Origin: the human T2T-CHM13v2.0 reference genome, Homo sapiens
Assembly (NCBI RefSeq): GCF_009914755.1
Contig: NC_060932.1
Length of the DNA: 64,000 nucleotides
Reading direction: 5' to 3' (one strand)
Position 1 is the first letter of the stretch. Each line of letters begins with the position of its first letter. The notes under the pieces are model-generated. The model saw only the letters and a program-made list of their open reading frames with translations, was not told the DNA's origin and did not search any database. Both the position numbers and the translations under genes were made by a program. Below, in pieces: positions 27,363 through 43,277 of this stretch.

Positions 27363-28262
27363 AGGAGCTGACTTTATGTACTTTTCATTGTCTTATATTT
27401 CAGATAGTGACTATATTTTTTTTTCTGTAAAAAATACAAGCATCCAAGTATGGTGGGAAAATCTACAAACACTATCACACACACAGAGACAAGAGCACAC
27501 ATACAGCAGTGACTGATGAAAGCTTAGGTGAGCTCTTAGTTCTCAAGGCTGTAGACTGAGGGAAGGGAGAGGAAGCAGGTTGGGGGCGTGTGTGTGCAAC
27601 CCTTTTCCTCACTGAGTTGCAGGTAGGGGCATTGTGAGGCCAGCACCTCCAGCCTGGAACACTGATCCAGGACCCCCTAGTGTCTGGGGCTTGAGGCCCC
27701 ACCCTGTCTTCTCAGGACTCTAAGCACATCTATTTCCAGGTATTTTCAGCTGCCACAGCCAGGAGGAACAGAATTGTTCCCCTCCCTTTCTGAGGCTCAC
27801 TTTTAAAGCACTGGACTTGTGGAATCCAAGGCTCTCCCTGAAACACCAGTTCTGAGTGGATTTAAGAGGGTGGGGAGGGGAAGGGATCCTCCCCAACTAA
27901 ATTTCACAGCTGCCCTCCTCATGCAATACAGGCCACGGCCTGCAGATGGGCAACAGTGATGGAGAGAAGCAGGAGTAGTACAGAATGAATTTGTGAAGAC
28001 ATGCACACACATGCACACACACACACATTTGCACATGCATGCACATGCACACATACCCCACTGCAAGAGAAAGGAATGTGACCCGTGGGCTGGTCTCTGG
28101 GCTGGGAGGCCCTGAGGCTGAGCCTATGGGAATCAGTCAGGAGGTTCTGCTGTTGCTCAGGCTTCTGCCTAGAAGCACCTTCTGCAAGATTGATGCTCCC
28201 CAGAGACTGGGGAAGAATCAGTAACTACCTCCTCCCCTGGCTGCCTGAGAACACCCAGGGCT

Positions 28263-29046
28263 TGTTATAGAATCTAACTGGGGTCCACTCACCCAGCGCA
28301 GTAAAACCAGATATCTAAACTGAGGGTTTTGCAGTGAATAGAAAGGAAGGCATTTATTGCAGGGCACCAAGCAAGGAGAATCTGGCGGGCTCCTGCTTAA
28401 AATCTGAACTCCCCGGTGGCTTGCAGATAAGGGTTTTTAAAACTAGTAGTACATTTCAGGAAAGCAGAAGCTACAGGCAAAATCACAAATCAATACACAG
28501 AAGTTACATGTTGTTTTTGGCCCCAAAGGGTGGGATATCTTGAAGCAGGGGCTTACAGGTCATAGGTAGATTCAAAGATCTTCTGATTTGCAGTTGACTA
28601 AAATAGAGAAGCTTTGTTTAAACATTTGGGGTCAGTAGAAGAATGTTAACTGGTTATGAGGAATGACTTTCTCTAAACCCCTTGGGAAGAAACTTAGAAC
28701 CAAAAATCGTTTAAAGTTTAGTCTTCACTTCCCCTTTATCTGGGGGAATATGTCAGTGGATCCTTTCTGTGGGGTCCTCAGTGGGGATCCAAGCCTCTGA
28801 AAGACAACTCAGGGACATAAGCTAAGAGATTATCATTGGTTTCTGTAGGGAAAGCTAATATCTCTGGGACTCTAACCTCTTTAGCTATTGTTTTAGCCTA
28901 CTGTTGTCTTCTTAACAAGTCACTTATTTACTTGTTGGGGATTGCGAAGTGCCTGGAATTGCCCTCAGAGGAACTCAGGATTTTCCTTTATTTCTGTGCT
29001 TGGGGTCTGCAGGCCCCTTAAAAAGGGGGTTCTTGCTTTCTCTCAC
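28263..29046 (-). mobile_element. ERV1-class solo LTR (subfamily not resolved)
   Basis: tgtta...ca termini; minus-strand AATAAA ('catttattgcagggcaccaagcaaggag'). Confidence 0.65.
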
Positions 29047-29596
29047 ATCCCTTACCCCAGGTTAACATAGTCAAGAATCTGAGAAAAAGGCAATGAAAAT
29101 AAAACCTCTGTGTGTCTCACTTGGGAAGAATCAACTGTGCAGCTCCAGAAGTCACAGCTGCTCTCAGGTGAGCCTCCTTCCTAAGCTCTCTCCCAGGGCT
29201 GCTCCAGGGCAGCTGTCCCCATCCAGATGACTAGAATCCCACCCCATGAGACACACCAAGCCACTTGCTAATTCCTTGGGAGGTCTTGCATTTCCCCCGC
29301 AGGCCTCATCTCTGGAAACTCTCCCCTTATCCCACCCTCTCTCAAAGTGCCCTCTGCCCCAACCACGTGGCCAGTTGCTCTTCCTCTATACTGGATCCAC
29401 TGAAGTCTCAATGAACTGCTCCTTTGCCCACACACCTCTCACTTCTGCTGTCACACTGAGCCCCCTCTAGGGCCCCCTGTGTGGCTGTGAATATTCCACC
29501 AGACTGAGTCTGGTTGAAGTCCACTGTGAGATTCTGCCCCTTCTCCCTGAGCCTGGCTCAGCAATGGCTGCATGGCAGACACCATCTATCCACCCA

Positions 29597-30172
29597 TCAG
29601 AAAGGGGTCCTGATCCAGATACCAAGAGAGGGTTCTTGGATCTTGCACAAGAAAGAATTCAGGGAGAGTCCACAGAGTAACGTGAAAGCAAGTTTATTAA
29701 GAAAGTAAAGGAATGAAAGAATGGCTACTCCATAGGCAGAGCAGGGCATTTCCAAAAGCAAGAGGAGGAACATGCCCACCTTAGGTACAATGCCTTTTTA
29801 TGTACAAGAGAGCAAAGCAAAAAAAATCATGGGGGAGATGTGCTCCACTACAAGGGCTCATGACAAAACAGTGTTCATCTTGTGTAACTACTGTCTTCCA
29901 TAAGAATCTGTATTTTTATCTTTAAAGCAAAATATTCTTAAACTAAGAACTAAGAGGGCTCTTGTTCTTAAGATACTAGGACATCAGGACATTTCCTGAG
30001 TCTGTTAAGTCCTGCATCTGTTTAGTAAGTATTATTAATCTGTTCCCTTAACTACAAACATCTTGTGACTAAGAATGCCTGACCCCTTGAGAATGCACCC
30101 CAGCAGGTCTCAGCCTCATTTTACCCAGCCCGTATTCAAGATGGAGTCACTCTGGTTCCAACATCTCTGACA
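29597..30172 (-). mobile_element. MER41-family LTR (MER41C/D-like)
   Basis: Minus strand begins tgtcagagatgttggaaccagagtgactccatcttgaatacgggctgggtaaaatgaggctgagacc. Confidence 0.8.
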
Positions 30173-30351
30173 AATCAACCCCCAACCCTCAGCTGCTTCC
30201 TCCCCAGTTCCCAGAGCTCAAGGAGAAGCACAGGGGATTAATCCCCTCACACCATTGGGTCTTCCCTCCACACAATCTTCCTATAGTCTCAGAACAAGTT
30301 AGTTTATTAAAGGACTCAGAGATCCACATCCTAGGTGGTTCCGTTTACAGC

Positions 30352-31318
<967 letters not shown>

Positions 31319-31319
31319 G

Positions 31320-32082
31320 GACTAAACTCTTTTTTTTCTTGCCCAAATTCCTATCTAAGGGACCTACAAACCATAACATCTAGTTAGGCAGATTTGTATT
31401 AATCTGGTACAATGTGACTTACTTTCCAACCTGACTCTGGTATAGCATCACATGACAGATAGCAGACCCTGAAGGAAATAAAAATATATAACCCCAAAAT
31501 ATATTTTTCCTGTATTTTGAAATGGCCCTGCAAACTGTTTTTGTGGGAAATTTGCATCTTTTAAGAATCTCCATTCATGCAGCCAGGCCTTCCCTTTCTA
31601 GGCCTTTCATGGATCTAGGAGAGAGCCCGACATATTTTAAGGTCTGAAAAGAGACATTCACCATTTATCCTCTCTGAGGGATGCCACCTATGAGGCTTCA
31701 TCTACATAACAAGAACCTTGGCTCCATAACCCACTAATCTTAACTCAGGTGTTCCTTTCTAGTAACTTCAAGTCTTTAGATAATAGCTTAACTCTCTCAA
31801 TGAACTGTCCACTAAAGAATCCTCAAAACCCACCTATGACTCGAAAGCACTGCCCCTGTCCCCCAGTAGGAGATATTCTGCCTTTTTTAAATGAACCTAT
31901 GCATACCTTCCATGTATTTATTTATGACTTTACATGCAATTCCTGTCTCCCTGAAATGTATAAAGCAAACTGTAATCTCACCACCTTAGGCATGCTTTTT
32001 CAGGACCTCGTGAGATTGTGTAACCCCAGGCTGCAGTCACTCATATTGGCTCAGAATAAACCTCTTTAAATGTATTTTGACA
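31320..32082 (+). mobile_element. Second MER4-family LTR (partial)
   Basis: ttgcccaaattcctatctaaggg...gtcactcatattggctcagaataaacctctttaaat. Confidence 0.75.
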
Positions 32083-32777
32083 TAAATTACTTTTTTCCTT
32101 GAGCTCAGCTACACAGAGGCATAGATATCTCTTGCTACCTGATCTAGTGATTTTGGCAAGTTTTTCTCTTTGTAGCTCCTCTGTGACAGCAGGAAGGCTT
32201 GTCCTGAAGAAGCCTCAGATTTATCTGTGCTTGCAAGTATCTCTATGAGTTGGGTGAATTCCTCTCCTCTTGAGGTCCCAAGATAACTGGAGGTTCCTGG
32301 GCCTGTCAGAAAGTGACATTCTTTATTTACCACAGGTCAGGAACACTGTACAGGTACTGCATAGATAAGGTATGTGGCCAGTTTTTCTAAAGGGCTTTCA
32401 TTGGCCTTATATGTCAACCTTGATTCCATAAAGCAGTCTGTTTATACTCAAAAGCATGCCATTCCAGTCAAAGCCTTGGTAAAATAACTACTGTCCTATT
32501 ACAAAAGAAAACAGATTTCTATTGCACTTATGCAAATAACTATATTGCTATAAGTTAAGAGTACTCATAAATGGTTTTCAAATTCTAGATAAATTAGGTA
32601 GACAGAAAGAAATATGCTCCAAATTTTGCTCACAGGACTGTAATTTATTCAATTGCTAAAAGCTGTAAATAGCTCAAAAGAAAAAGAAGTTTTCTTGACT
32701 CCAAAAAACAACAAAAGGGATCAGAAACATTCAAAGCACAAAACATCACAAAAGATTACATGTTTTTATTAGTTTAG

Positions 32778-33214
<437 letters not shown>

Positions 33215-33941
33215 CAATGGCATAATTTTTAAAGCTATCAGAGATCTGTATTTAACAGTACCCATCAGGGTCCTATAGCTGATTCTAAACCACCTTTTGA
33301 AAAGGATTACAACAAGACAACAACTTCCTGTGGATAACAAAAGTCTTAGGACAGCCACAATTAAAGACTCAATTGATAAGGAAATTTGGTGATTTTTGTG
33401 TTACACAACAATTTAACTTAACAATTATAATTATTTCTGCTAATATATACTGAGACATATCAGAATTATAGAAATTTTATGTAATTTTGTAACATACTAA
33501 AACATATTTATATGAACATAACTCAAAGAAAGTTAAATACCATTTTATATTTGACAATGCTTCATGCATAATTTTAATATATCAAATAAGCTGAATATGT
33601 CTTTTTTGGAAATTGGAAAATCTAATATCAAAAGGGATTAATCAGGTCAAAAAAACATAATTTAGAATTTGATTTTGAAAAGTTTGGCAAATATCAATTG
33701 TTTAAAACATTTAATATTATAAAATAAAATCCCAGGTCACTATAATTTGTTTATTTAGCCAAAATGATCATGCAGATTTCAAAAAGATAAAAACCTTTAC
33801 TTACTGATAGAGGGGAGACTCAGCTTTCCAAGCAACAAGATACAATAAAGATAGCACAAGCCTATCTGAATCTGTCCTGTTTCACTCCATTTTTGTTTTA
33901 GTTCATTTAAAAGGCAAAATAACTTTTATTGTCTCTCAATA

Positions 33942-34258
<317 letters not shown>

Positions 34259-34694
34259 TAATCTTGTTCAAAAGAAAAAACAAATTCTACATTTGCGTTA
34301 GTGCCTCATTAATGCTAAAACTAATTTTAAATAAAATCTTATAAACAAACCTATTTGATTTTAATTGGCTTGATGATATGCTAAGATTTCCATAAACCTT
34401 TTATAACCCTTTATAATTTTATGTTAAAAAGCAGATTAATGTGCAAAAAAAACACACTGTTATTCTGACATATGGGATCAGATTCTGGCCCTGAATCAGT
34501 GTGCTTTTATTTTAATATCCAATTTATGAAAAAACTATATAATACCCTTTTATTTTTAGTCAACTTGCTGACACACAGAATTCTTTACAAGGTTAATTTT
34601 TCACAAACCTTCTACAACTTGCTTAAACCTTCAGTTTTTCCTATTTGTTTAACTTAAAACAATTATTAAACCATCTAAATTAAACAAAATTACT

Positions 34695-34992
34695 TTATTT
34701 TATTTTATTTTTTTGAGATGGAGTATCGCTCTGTTACCAGGCTGGAATGCAGTGGCCAATCTTGGATCACTGCAATCTCCACCTCCTAGGTTCAAGTGAT
34801 TCTCCTGCCTCAGCCTCCCGAGTAGCTGGGATTATAGGCTCGCACCACCACACCCAGCTAATTTTTGTATTTTTAATAGAAATGGGGTTTCACCATGTTG
34901 GCCAGGATGGTCTCAATCTCCTGACCTCATGATCCACCTGCCTTGGCCTCCCAAAGTGCTGGGATTACAGGCGTGAGCCACCATGTCAGGCC
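34695..34992 (-). mobile_element. Alu (AluSc-like)
   Basis: TSD tactttatttt. Confidence 0.93.
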
Positions 34993-35201
34993 TACTTTAT
35001 TTTTAAAACCACATTCTCATGCCTTTTTTCCCAAGAACATATAATTTTTATTTTTTTAGCATGAGCAATTGTAATTATGTACCAAGTGAAAAGCCTAGGA
35101 TACAGCACAGAACCGCAGATAGCCTGATGCTTTCCAGTATAGCCATGGGGCATGGCTAATTCCACACATCCTTAGGCCTTGTCTAGAATCTAATGGCTCT
35201 A

Positions 35202-35532
<331 letters not shown>

Positions 35533-36579
35533 GTCATAAAAGCAGTTTCTGATCTTAAAGCATTTAGCAAACCTAATATGTGATCTGCCTAATTTTGACC
35601 AAATATCTAAATTTTGAAGAATGTTTTACCAGCAATTTTAAAATGTCTTTTCTTAAAAAAAAAAAAAAAAGCTTATGAGTCATGTGAACTAAAAGGCATT
35701 TTTAAAATTTTTCTGGCAAAATATTTAAGTGCTTTTTAAAAGCCAATTAATTATAGCTCTTTTATATATTTTGGTAGTGAAACATTACACACACAACACA
35801 TATAGACAGACAGATGTAGATCTGGTAGGGTGATAAGGCTTTCTATTTGCCCGTTTTTAAGTTTTCCTTTTTAATTTTAAACCAACAGTCTCTTGATTAT
35901 CTCTTCCCTTGCCCTAAACAACTGTCAGTCAGGCAGTTCCAAATATACATTTTTAAAGGAATAATTTTTGGTGAAAAAATGGTGTCAGTGAAAGTTTAGT
36001 CAAGATGGGCAAGAAAAGCAGACATACTGACACATGGAGATTTTCTTAAAGATGTAAATTTCTTAATTACTGGCTTTAGGGTGAAGCGTTTTCAGGAACA
36101 AAGCCAAGAAAACATGTAGTTTTTAGGGCCTAATAGGTGGGCACAGCTGGAAGTCAAAACAGATCTCCACAGGTAAAAAAATCCCATTTTTATACCTTAT
36201 CCTGGGTCATCCCAAAAAAGGAAACACCATGGATGAGACAGTGCAATGCTTTTACTGTGCATTTTTTTGCAAGGGCATTTCCCCAAGGCTGGTGGGCAAC
36301 TCAAAACCAATTAGTCCAGTCAATAATTAGCCCACCTCCCAAGGGAGTCTCACCTCTCAGTGGGATTGGGATGCTTCCATATCTTCCAAGTGGCCAAAAG
36401 CATGCTTTTCTTATACAAATATGCAAAGAGCAGAGTATTTCACCCTCGTAACTGCTACTAGCCATCCCCAAAGGTATATTTTCTAGCTTTCAATTATATG
36501 CTAAGGCTAAAAGTTTTTTCATAAGGCAATTTGTGATGCCCCCAAAAGTCAAAAGGTCATGTAACACAATGCAAAATAG

Positions 36580-37010
<431 letters not shown>

Positions 37011-37621
37011 CAACTCTCAGAAATTACATAAGGTCCTTTCATACAGACATTAGGGTGGCAAGAAGACAGACTGGAGAAATAATATAGACAACTTAGAAGA
37101 AAAACCAAAAGAAACCCACATTTTCTCCAAAAAACCCAAAATCCAAAAATAGAAAAACCTTTTAAATAAAAAGCCTTTTAAATATATATAGCTTGGATCT
37201 TCATTTTTAATTAAGCTGACTTTTAACCATAGAGCTCTTTTTTAAAAACATTATTTTAAATCTCTTAATACCAGACTCTATCCAGGACAAAGAGCTGAAA
37301 CCTCTGGCTTTTAAACAGTTTTCTTCCCGCACAGGTATTTCCCCAGGTGAAACCAATAAGCCTTAACTAAGGTTACAACTTAACCATGGACACATGAGTT
37401 GCCTCCAAAGAGCTGGTGAGTGATTTTTACTGTATCTAGAATCACCCCTAAGGTAGCTCGAAGAAAATTGAAGTCAGGAAATCAGACTTGGTTAATTAGG
37501 CTAATTGGCTTTGTGTTGCCCACCATCCTTGGGGGAATGCCCTTGAAATAAGTTGGCCATGGGAGGAAAAAGAATAAATAAATGGCAAAAGTCCCACAAG
37601 TATCAAACCAGAAATAACTCA

Positions 37622-37692
37622 TTCCCTAAGCCAGGAATTGAACCCCAGCCACCACCATGAAAGACCAAAGCCTTAGCTACTCAGTTACAGCA
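37622..37692 (-). pseudogene. Degenerate tRNA-Glu(TTC)-like relic inside the ERV internal region
   Basis: Minus strand gagtagctaaggctttggtctttcatggtggtggctggggttcaattcctggcttagggaa versus tRNA-Glu ..TAGTGGCTAGGATTCGGCGCTTTCACCGCCGCGGCCCGGGTTCGATTCCCGGTCAGGGAA. Confidence 0.55.
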
Positions 37693-39916
37693 TGAGGTGA
37701 GTGCCATATTTGTTTTCCCAGGAGGAATCTAGAGTAGTCATTTTTGAGCTTGCAAAAGATGTAACCTTTCAAGGTAAAAGGAACAGATATAAATATGAGA
37801 AGCCTTAAAAGGAAACAGATTTTATAATTGTCAATATTTCTTGCAATTTTACTGAAAGCAAACCAATACTTACAAGAAACAACTCTTTAAATATAGAGAA
37901 CCAAAATTTAGATAGACTATTATAAATAAATTTTCTTTCAGTTATGGCTAATTATAAAATTGTTAATAAATTCCCTTTTATGAACCTTATCATAACTTAC
38001 ACAGACCATCTATGACAGGTTTGGACTTTCTGATTTGTCCTGTATTTCCCTCTTTCCTAAATAATCAATCATTCTACTTTGGGACAAGAACATGCTATGT
38101 AAGATTCTTTCTCATATAAAATTTCTTTTCTTTATTACCTTCCTTACCAAAAATACATCTTCATATTCATAACTCTCTTCACATCTCTCTCCCCTACTTA
38201 CTGTTTTTTTTCTTTTTTTCTACTTTCTTTCTATTACCTTCCTAAATCCACATTTAAAACCCCCACTTTAAATAACGTTTGAATTGGTCTAATTTTTTTT
38301 CAATAAGAGGATATCTTCTTTGGCACATTTTATATACAGAATTACATATGAATTTTCAGTAATCCTAAATTTTAGTGAACTTAAGTCACATTAACTTGAA
38401 AAATACTTATTTATTGAACTTATGAGTGCTCTTTTATTTATAAGCCAATTTGGTACTCCATACACACAATACATAACATAATAAATGTACATATACATAA
38501 ACACATCTAGGCATGTATACACACACATAAACAAAGATGTGCCATTGTCTAACAAGGATCTCTACTAAACACAAAAGTTTTTCTCAGTGTAGCAAGAGCC
38601 CAGTTATTTTCCCCTGCAAATTCTCATCTCCTGTACCAAAGTGTTAACGTGACATTAAGCAAAGAAAACACTTTAGAGAAAATGATAACTTTAGGGTAGA
38701 ATACAAAATGCAAGACCAAGATTCCCCTAGGAAAGGACTCTAATCCACAATCCTAGAAGGAATGCCAATGCCTAACATCCCAGAGCATCCAGGGGGTGGC
38801 CAACAGTTCCAAATGCTGAAAAAAACTGAGTACCCAGGTATCAGCCAATAAGAGTCTCCATCTAAAATGTTGACAAACCCCAGAGCATCCAGAGGGTGGT
38901 TATCAGTGAACCTCAGCACCTTTGCCTTCTCCCTTTCAGAACCTGAGATGGCCTATATGACCAGCAGCAAGGCAGTTTAATGATATTTAAGTCCATTTCC
39001 AGACAGGCTGCAAAACTTAACACATCTCTAAAAAACGAAGTGGGAAAATAATTGTTTTTATAGTCTCATTAGTTTTCCTCTATCATAAAAAAACTCACTT
39101 CACACAGAAGGATTTTTCTTGAATGATGAATAGTTCAAATACGTCCCTCTATGGAGAAAACAACTTTAATGGTTACAGTCTATCAAGATCATTAATAATC
39201 AGTATTGTTGATTAATGAACTGAGGGTACAGAGGAAAGACAAATGGAATGAGATGTGGTTAGGTTAAGCAGTCGAACTACACAAATGTTTAGGGCCAGAG
39301 TTAAAAAAAAAAAAAAGCAGAGGGGTGCAGAAAGGCCGGGATGTGGGGAGCACAGAATACCAAACACATTTGGGACCACAGAATAAAGTGACCCCGGCAT
39401 CCCAGGGTCAGCACAATGGGGGATCTATCAAAATAACAAAAGAAAAAAATTCAAACAACCAAGGAAAGTGCCCTGCCTCACATAGAGTAGAGACAACTGC
39501 CCAAACCAGAGACTACAAATGTAACAATGGAATAAACGTGCACATGCATTTCAGCACTAAAAGCAGAAAAGTAAAACAGCCGATCTTTACAAACTACAGA
39601 GGGAGGGTACAAGAGAAGGGGCAACCAGGTGGGTTACAAAAGACGTGGCCAGCCAGGCGGGCTCCTGTCCAGGGCACCAGACAATGGGAGACTGCAGTCA
39701 GGCTGCCACAGCAGAGGTCTCATGGTTACTTCTCGAACTTTAAATAAACAGCATATGAAAGAACAGAGCAGCCAAAATTGAAGGGGAAAGAAAGGTAGGG
39801 AGTTGAATCTGGACAGAGGAGACCGACCCACCTGTCAGGTCCAAATGGTACTGATAGGTCTTAATTTGTGGTCCAGAGAGAGGTCTCCATCATCCCTTAA
39901 TGATCACCAGAAAAGA

Positions 39917-40470
39917 TATCACAGGGTGAATCCCAAATTTGAAGTGCAGCCTTGGAGGTCACATGGGTTCTTGGCTTCACACAGGAAGGAATTCAAAAGT
40001 GAGCTGACAGAGTAAAATGAAAGCAGGTTTATTAAGAAAGTAAAGGAATAACAGGGTGGCTACTCCATAGGCAGAGCAGCCTCAAGGGCTGATAGTTGGC
40101 TATTTTTATGGTTATTTATTGATCATATGGTAAATACGGGGTGGATTATTCATGAATTGTCCTGGAATTCCCAGGAAATTCCAAGGCTGGGAAATTCCCA
40201 GAACTGAGGGTTCCTCCCACTTCCAGACCATATGGGGTAGCTTCTGGGCATTGCCACAGCATTTGTAAACTGTCATGGTGCTACTGGGAGTGTCTCTTAG
40301 CATGCTAATGTACTGTAATTAGTATATAATGAGCAGTGAGGACAGCCAGAGGTCACTTCCATTGCCATCTTGGTTTTGGCAGATTTTGGCCAGCTTCTTT
40401 ACCTGTTTTATCAGCGAGGTCTTTGTGACCTGTATCTGGTGAAACCAGTCTTGCTGAACTCCTGTTTTAC
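39917..40470 (-). mobile_element. MER41-family LTR (MER41E-like), apparent 5' LTR of the ERV to its left
   Basis: Minus strand caggagttcagcaagactggtttcaccagatacaggtcacaaagacc...gacagtttacaaatg. Confidence 0.8.
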
Positions 40471-41500
40471 TGTGAGTTCTAAGATGTCAGGGTGTCAGCT
40501 CAAAGCCCCAGGCCAGGGTTTTCATGAGGCTAGGGGTGGATGACCCTAAGTAGGTCTGAGCTGAGATCTGCTCCACCTCCTACTTTTCCAAAATTTGCAA
40601 GCCATGCAATAATGCCTAGTATCCTGGTCTGTTTGGAAAATAAATAAATAAATAGAAGTAAAAACAAAAAGCAAAAGCTGCAAATGAAAGTCAGAACCCC
40701 AAGCTGAGCCATTTCCTAATTCTCCCAATAAAGGGGCTCTCATTCTGTCTCTCCCTGCTTTGATTGTTCAAACCGACATATTGACGCCCGCTTAAGAAGA
40801 TTAAAAGAGGACAGAATGTGGGAGTCCCTGGGGGAGGTATCTAGGCACCTACTTCTTCTGCAGGGGCCTCTGTGGACTCTTTGCACTAGGATGCCTGGAG
40901 CTGCGGGGCTTTCTGTCTCCAGGACCCGGACGCAGCAAGAACTGCCAACACCTTCCAGCTGCCTCAGGAGTGGGGCTGACTTTTCTTGCCATGCAACTTT
41001 CTGAAGCCCTTTTCTCGCCTGTCAGAAGGGACACAGCATCCTCCTTGGCATTGCCTTTGCGCCACTCGACCTGTCCAAGACTGTGTGGCCTGGAAAGCCT
41101 GGCCCCAGCAGCCTGAGCAGAGGGGTGCTCAGGGTGGGTCAGCAGGTGGTGGCCCTGGGTGTTGGTGATTATAATGATGCTGGGATGGTGATGATGGTGC
41201 TGGTGATGGTGCTGCACAGAAACCACTCTCTTGGTTTGCTGGGGACAGGGCAAGTCGGGGAGGAAGATATAGAACAGAGGTCAAGGTCCTTCCTCACTCT
41301 CTAGGCCTTCCCGCACCCCCATATCTTTCATATTTTGCTCTTAGACTTGGAACTCGGCCAACAGATAGACACAGAAGAATGGGGCTTTCATGCCACTCTC
41401 ATGAGGATCATTAGTCTGTGGGGGCCCTGAAAGCTTTCATGTGTTTATTTACTTTGCATTGGATTTTCCCCCCAAGCATTTCATTTTGTGGTTACTATAA

Positions 41501-41796
<296 letters not shown>

Positions 41797-42050
41797 GTTC
41801 ATTTTTAAAATATAAGAAAATTTAGATAATCAAATGAAATAACATTTTTCCAATAAGCCCACTTCTCTCACCACTTTTATCATGTTGATATGTAGCTTTA
41901 TAGAACATTTATTTCATATAAATTACCACCTTTTAAAGTATACACTAAATTACAGATACCGTGATGTAGGATTTTTTCTTTGCTTTTTAGTGGATAGAGA
42001 TAAAGAAATGAAAGCTTGAAATGATCAGATGGAGATGGGATCTTCACCCC

Positions 42051-42951
42051 TGTTAATGGAAAAAACAAACTGTAACATACTTTAACGGGGTTTATCTTGA
42101 GCCAATGTGAGTGACCATGGCCCAGGGTATAGTCTCAACAGATCCTGAGAAAATGTGCCCAAGGCGGTTGGGTTATAGTTTGGGTTTATACATTTTAGGG
42201 TGACAAGAATTGTAGGTAACATCATAAATCGAAATATGGAAAGTGACCATTGGTTCCATCTGAAAAGGTGAGATATCTTGAAGTGGGTGGCTTACAGGGT
42301 ATAGGTGGATTTAAAGATTTTTCTAATTGGCAGTTGGTTGAGAGGCTTAAGCTTTGTCTAAAGACTTGATGTCAGTAGGAAGGAATGCTTGAGTTAAAGT
42401 GAGGGGGTTGTGGGGCCAAGGTTCTTGTTACATAGATGAAGTCTCATAGGTAGCAGCCACCAGAGAGGATAGATGGTGAGTCTCTTCTCAGATCTTAGAG
42501 GTGTCAGGGTCTCAGTTAATCTCTCCTAGATTTGGGAAAGGCCTAGAGAGGGAGGCCTGGCTGCATGAATGGAGATTCTCTACTGATGCAAATTTCTCCC
42601 ACAAAAGACAGCTTTACTGGGCCATTTCAAAATATACTGAAGTATATTTTAGGGTAAAATATTTTTATTTCCTTCAGGGTCTGCCATCTGCCATGTGATG
42701 CTGCTATACAAGAACCAGGTTGGAGTTTGGTATCTCATTGCCAAAAAACCTCTGTTCTGTCAGTCTCATGATCTCTATTTTAATGTTAATGCTGGCCAGT
42801 TGTGCCTAAACTCCAAAAGAGAGGGGGTGTAATGAGGTGTGTCCAACCTCTCTTCCCATAATGGCCAGGAATTCAGTTTTTCAAGTCCTCCTTGGCCCAG
42901 AGGGAGTAAGTTCAGTCAACTGGGGGGCTTAGGATTTTATTTTTGGTTGAC
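42051..42951 (-). mobile_element. MER4-family LTR
   Basis: Ends ggggggcttaggattttatttttggttgaca, the reverse complement of the MER4 start. Confidence 0.8.
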
Positions 42952-43119
42952 ACTCGATATAAGGGGCTCCCCCAGTTTGCACAATGAGACCAAGGTGGGT
43001 TATACCTTGATGGGGAGGTGTGGTGGGCTTGGGTTACAGGGTGACCACTGACCTCAGCCACTGTCCATGCAACCTCAGTGCTGCAGGAAGAAGGTCCTTC
43101 AGTGAACAAGGTTGGAAAA

Positions 43120-43272
43120 CATTTCATCTGAAATAGTGAGACATTAATACCTGCTTCTTAGTACTGCTGTGAGGAAGAAATGAGACAATGCCTGCAGAGA
43201 GCTCACTGCAGGCCCTATCACAGCGTATCCACTCCATAAATAGTGTTTTCACTATTGCACTGTTGCTGTATT
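43120..43272 (+). mobile_element. MIR fragment (3' part)
   Basis: tcatctgaaat...taatacctgc...ctgtgaggaagaaatgagacaatg. Confidence 0.65.
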
Positions 43273-43277
43273 ATTCT

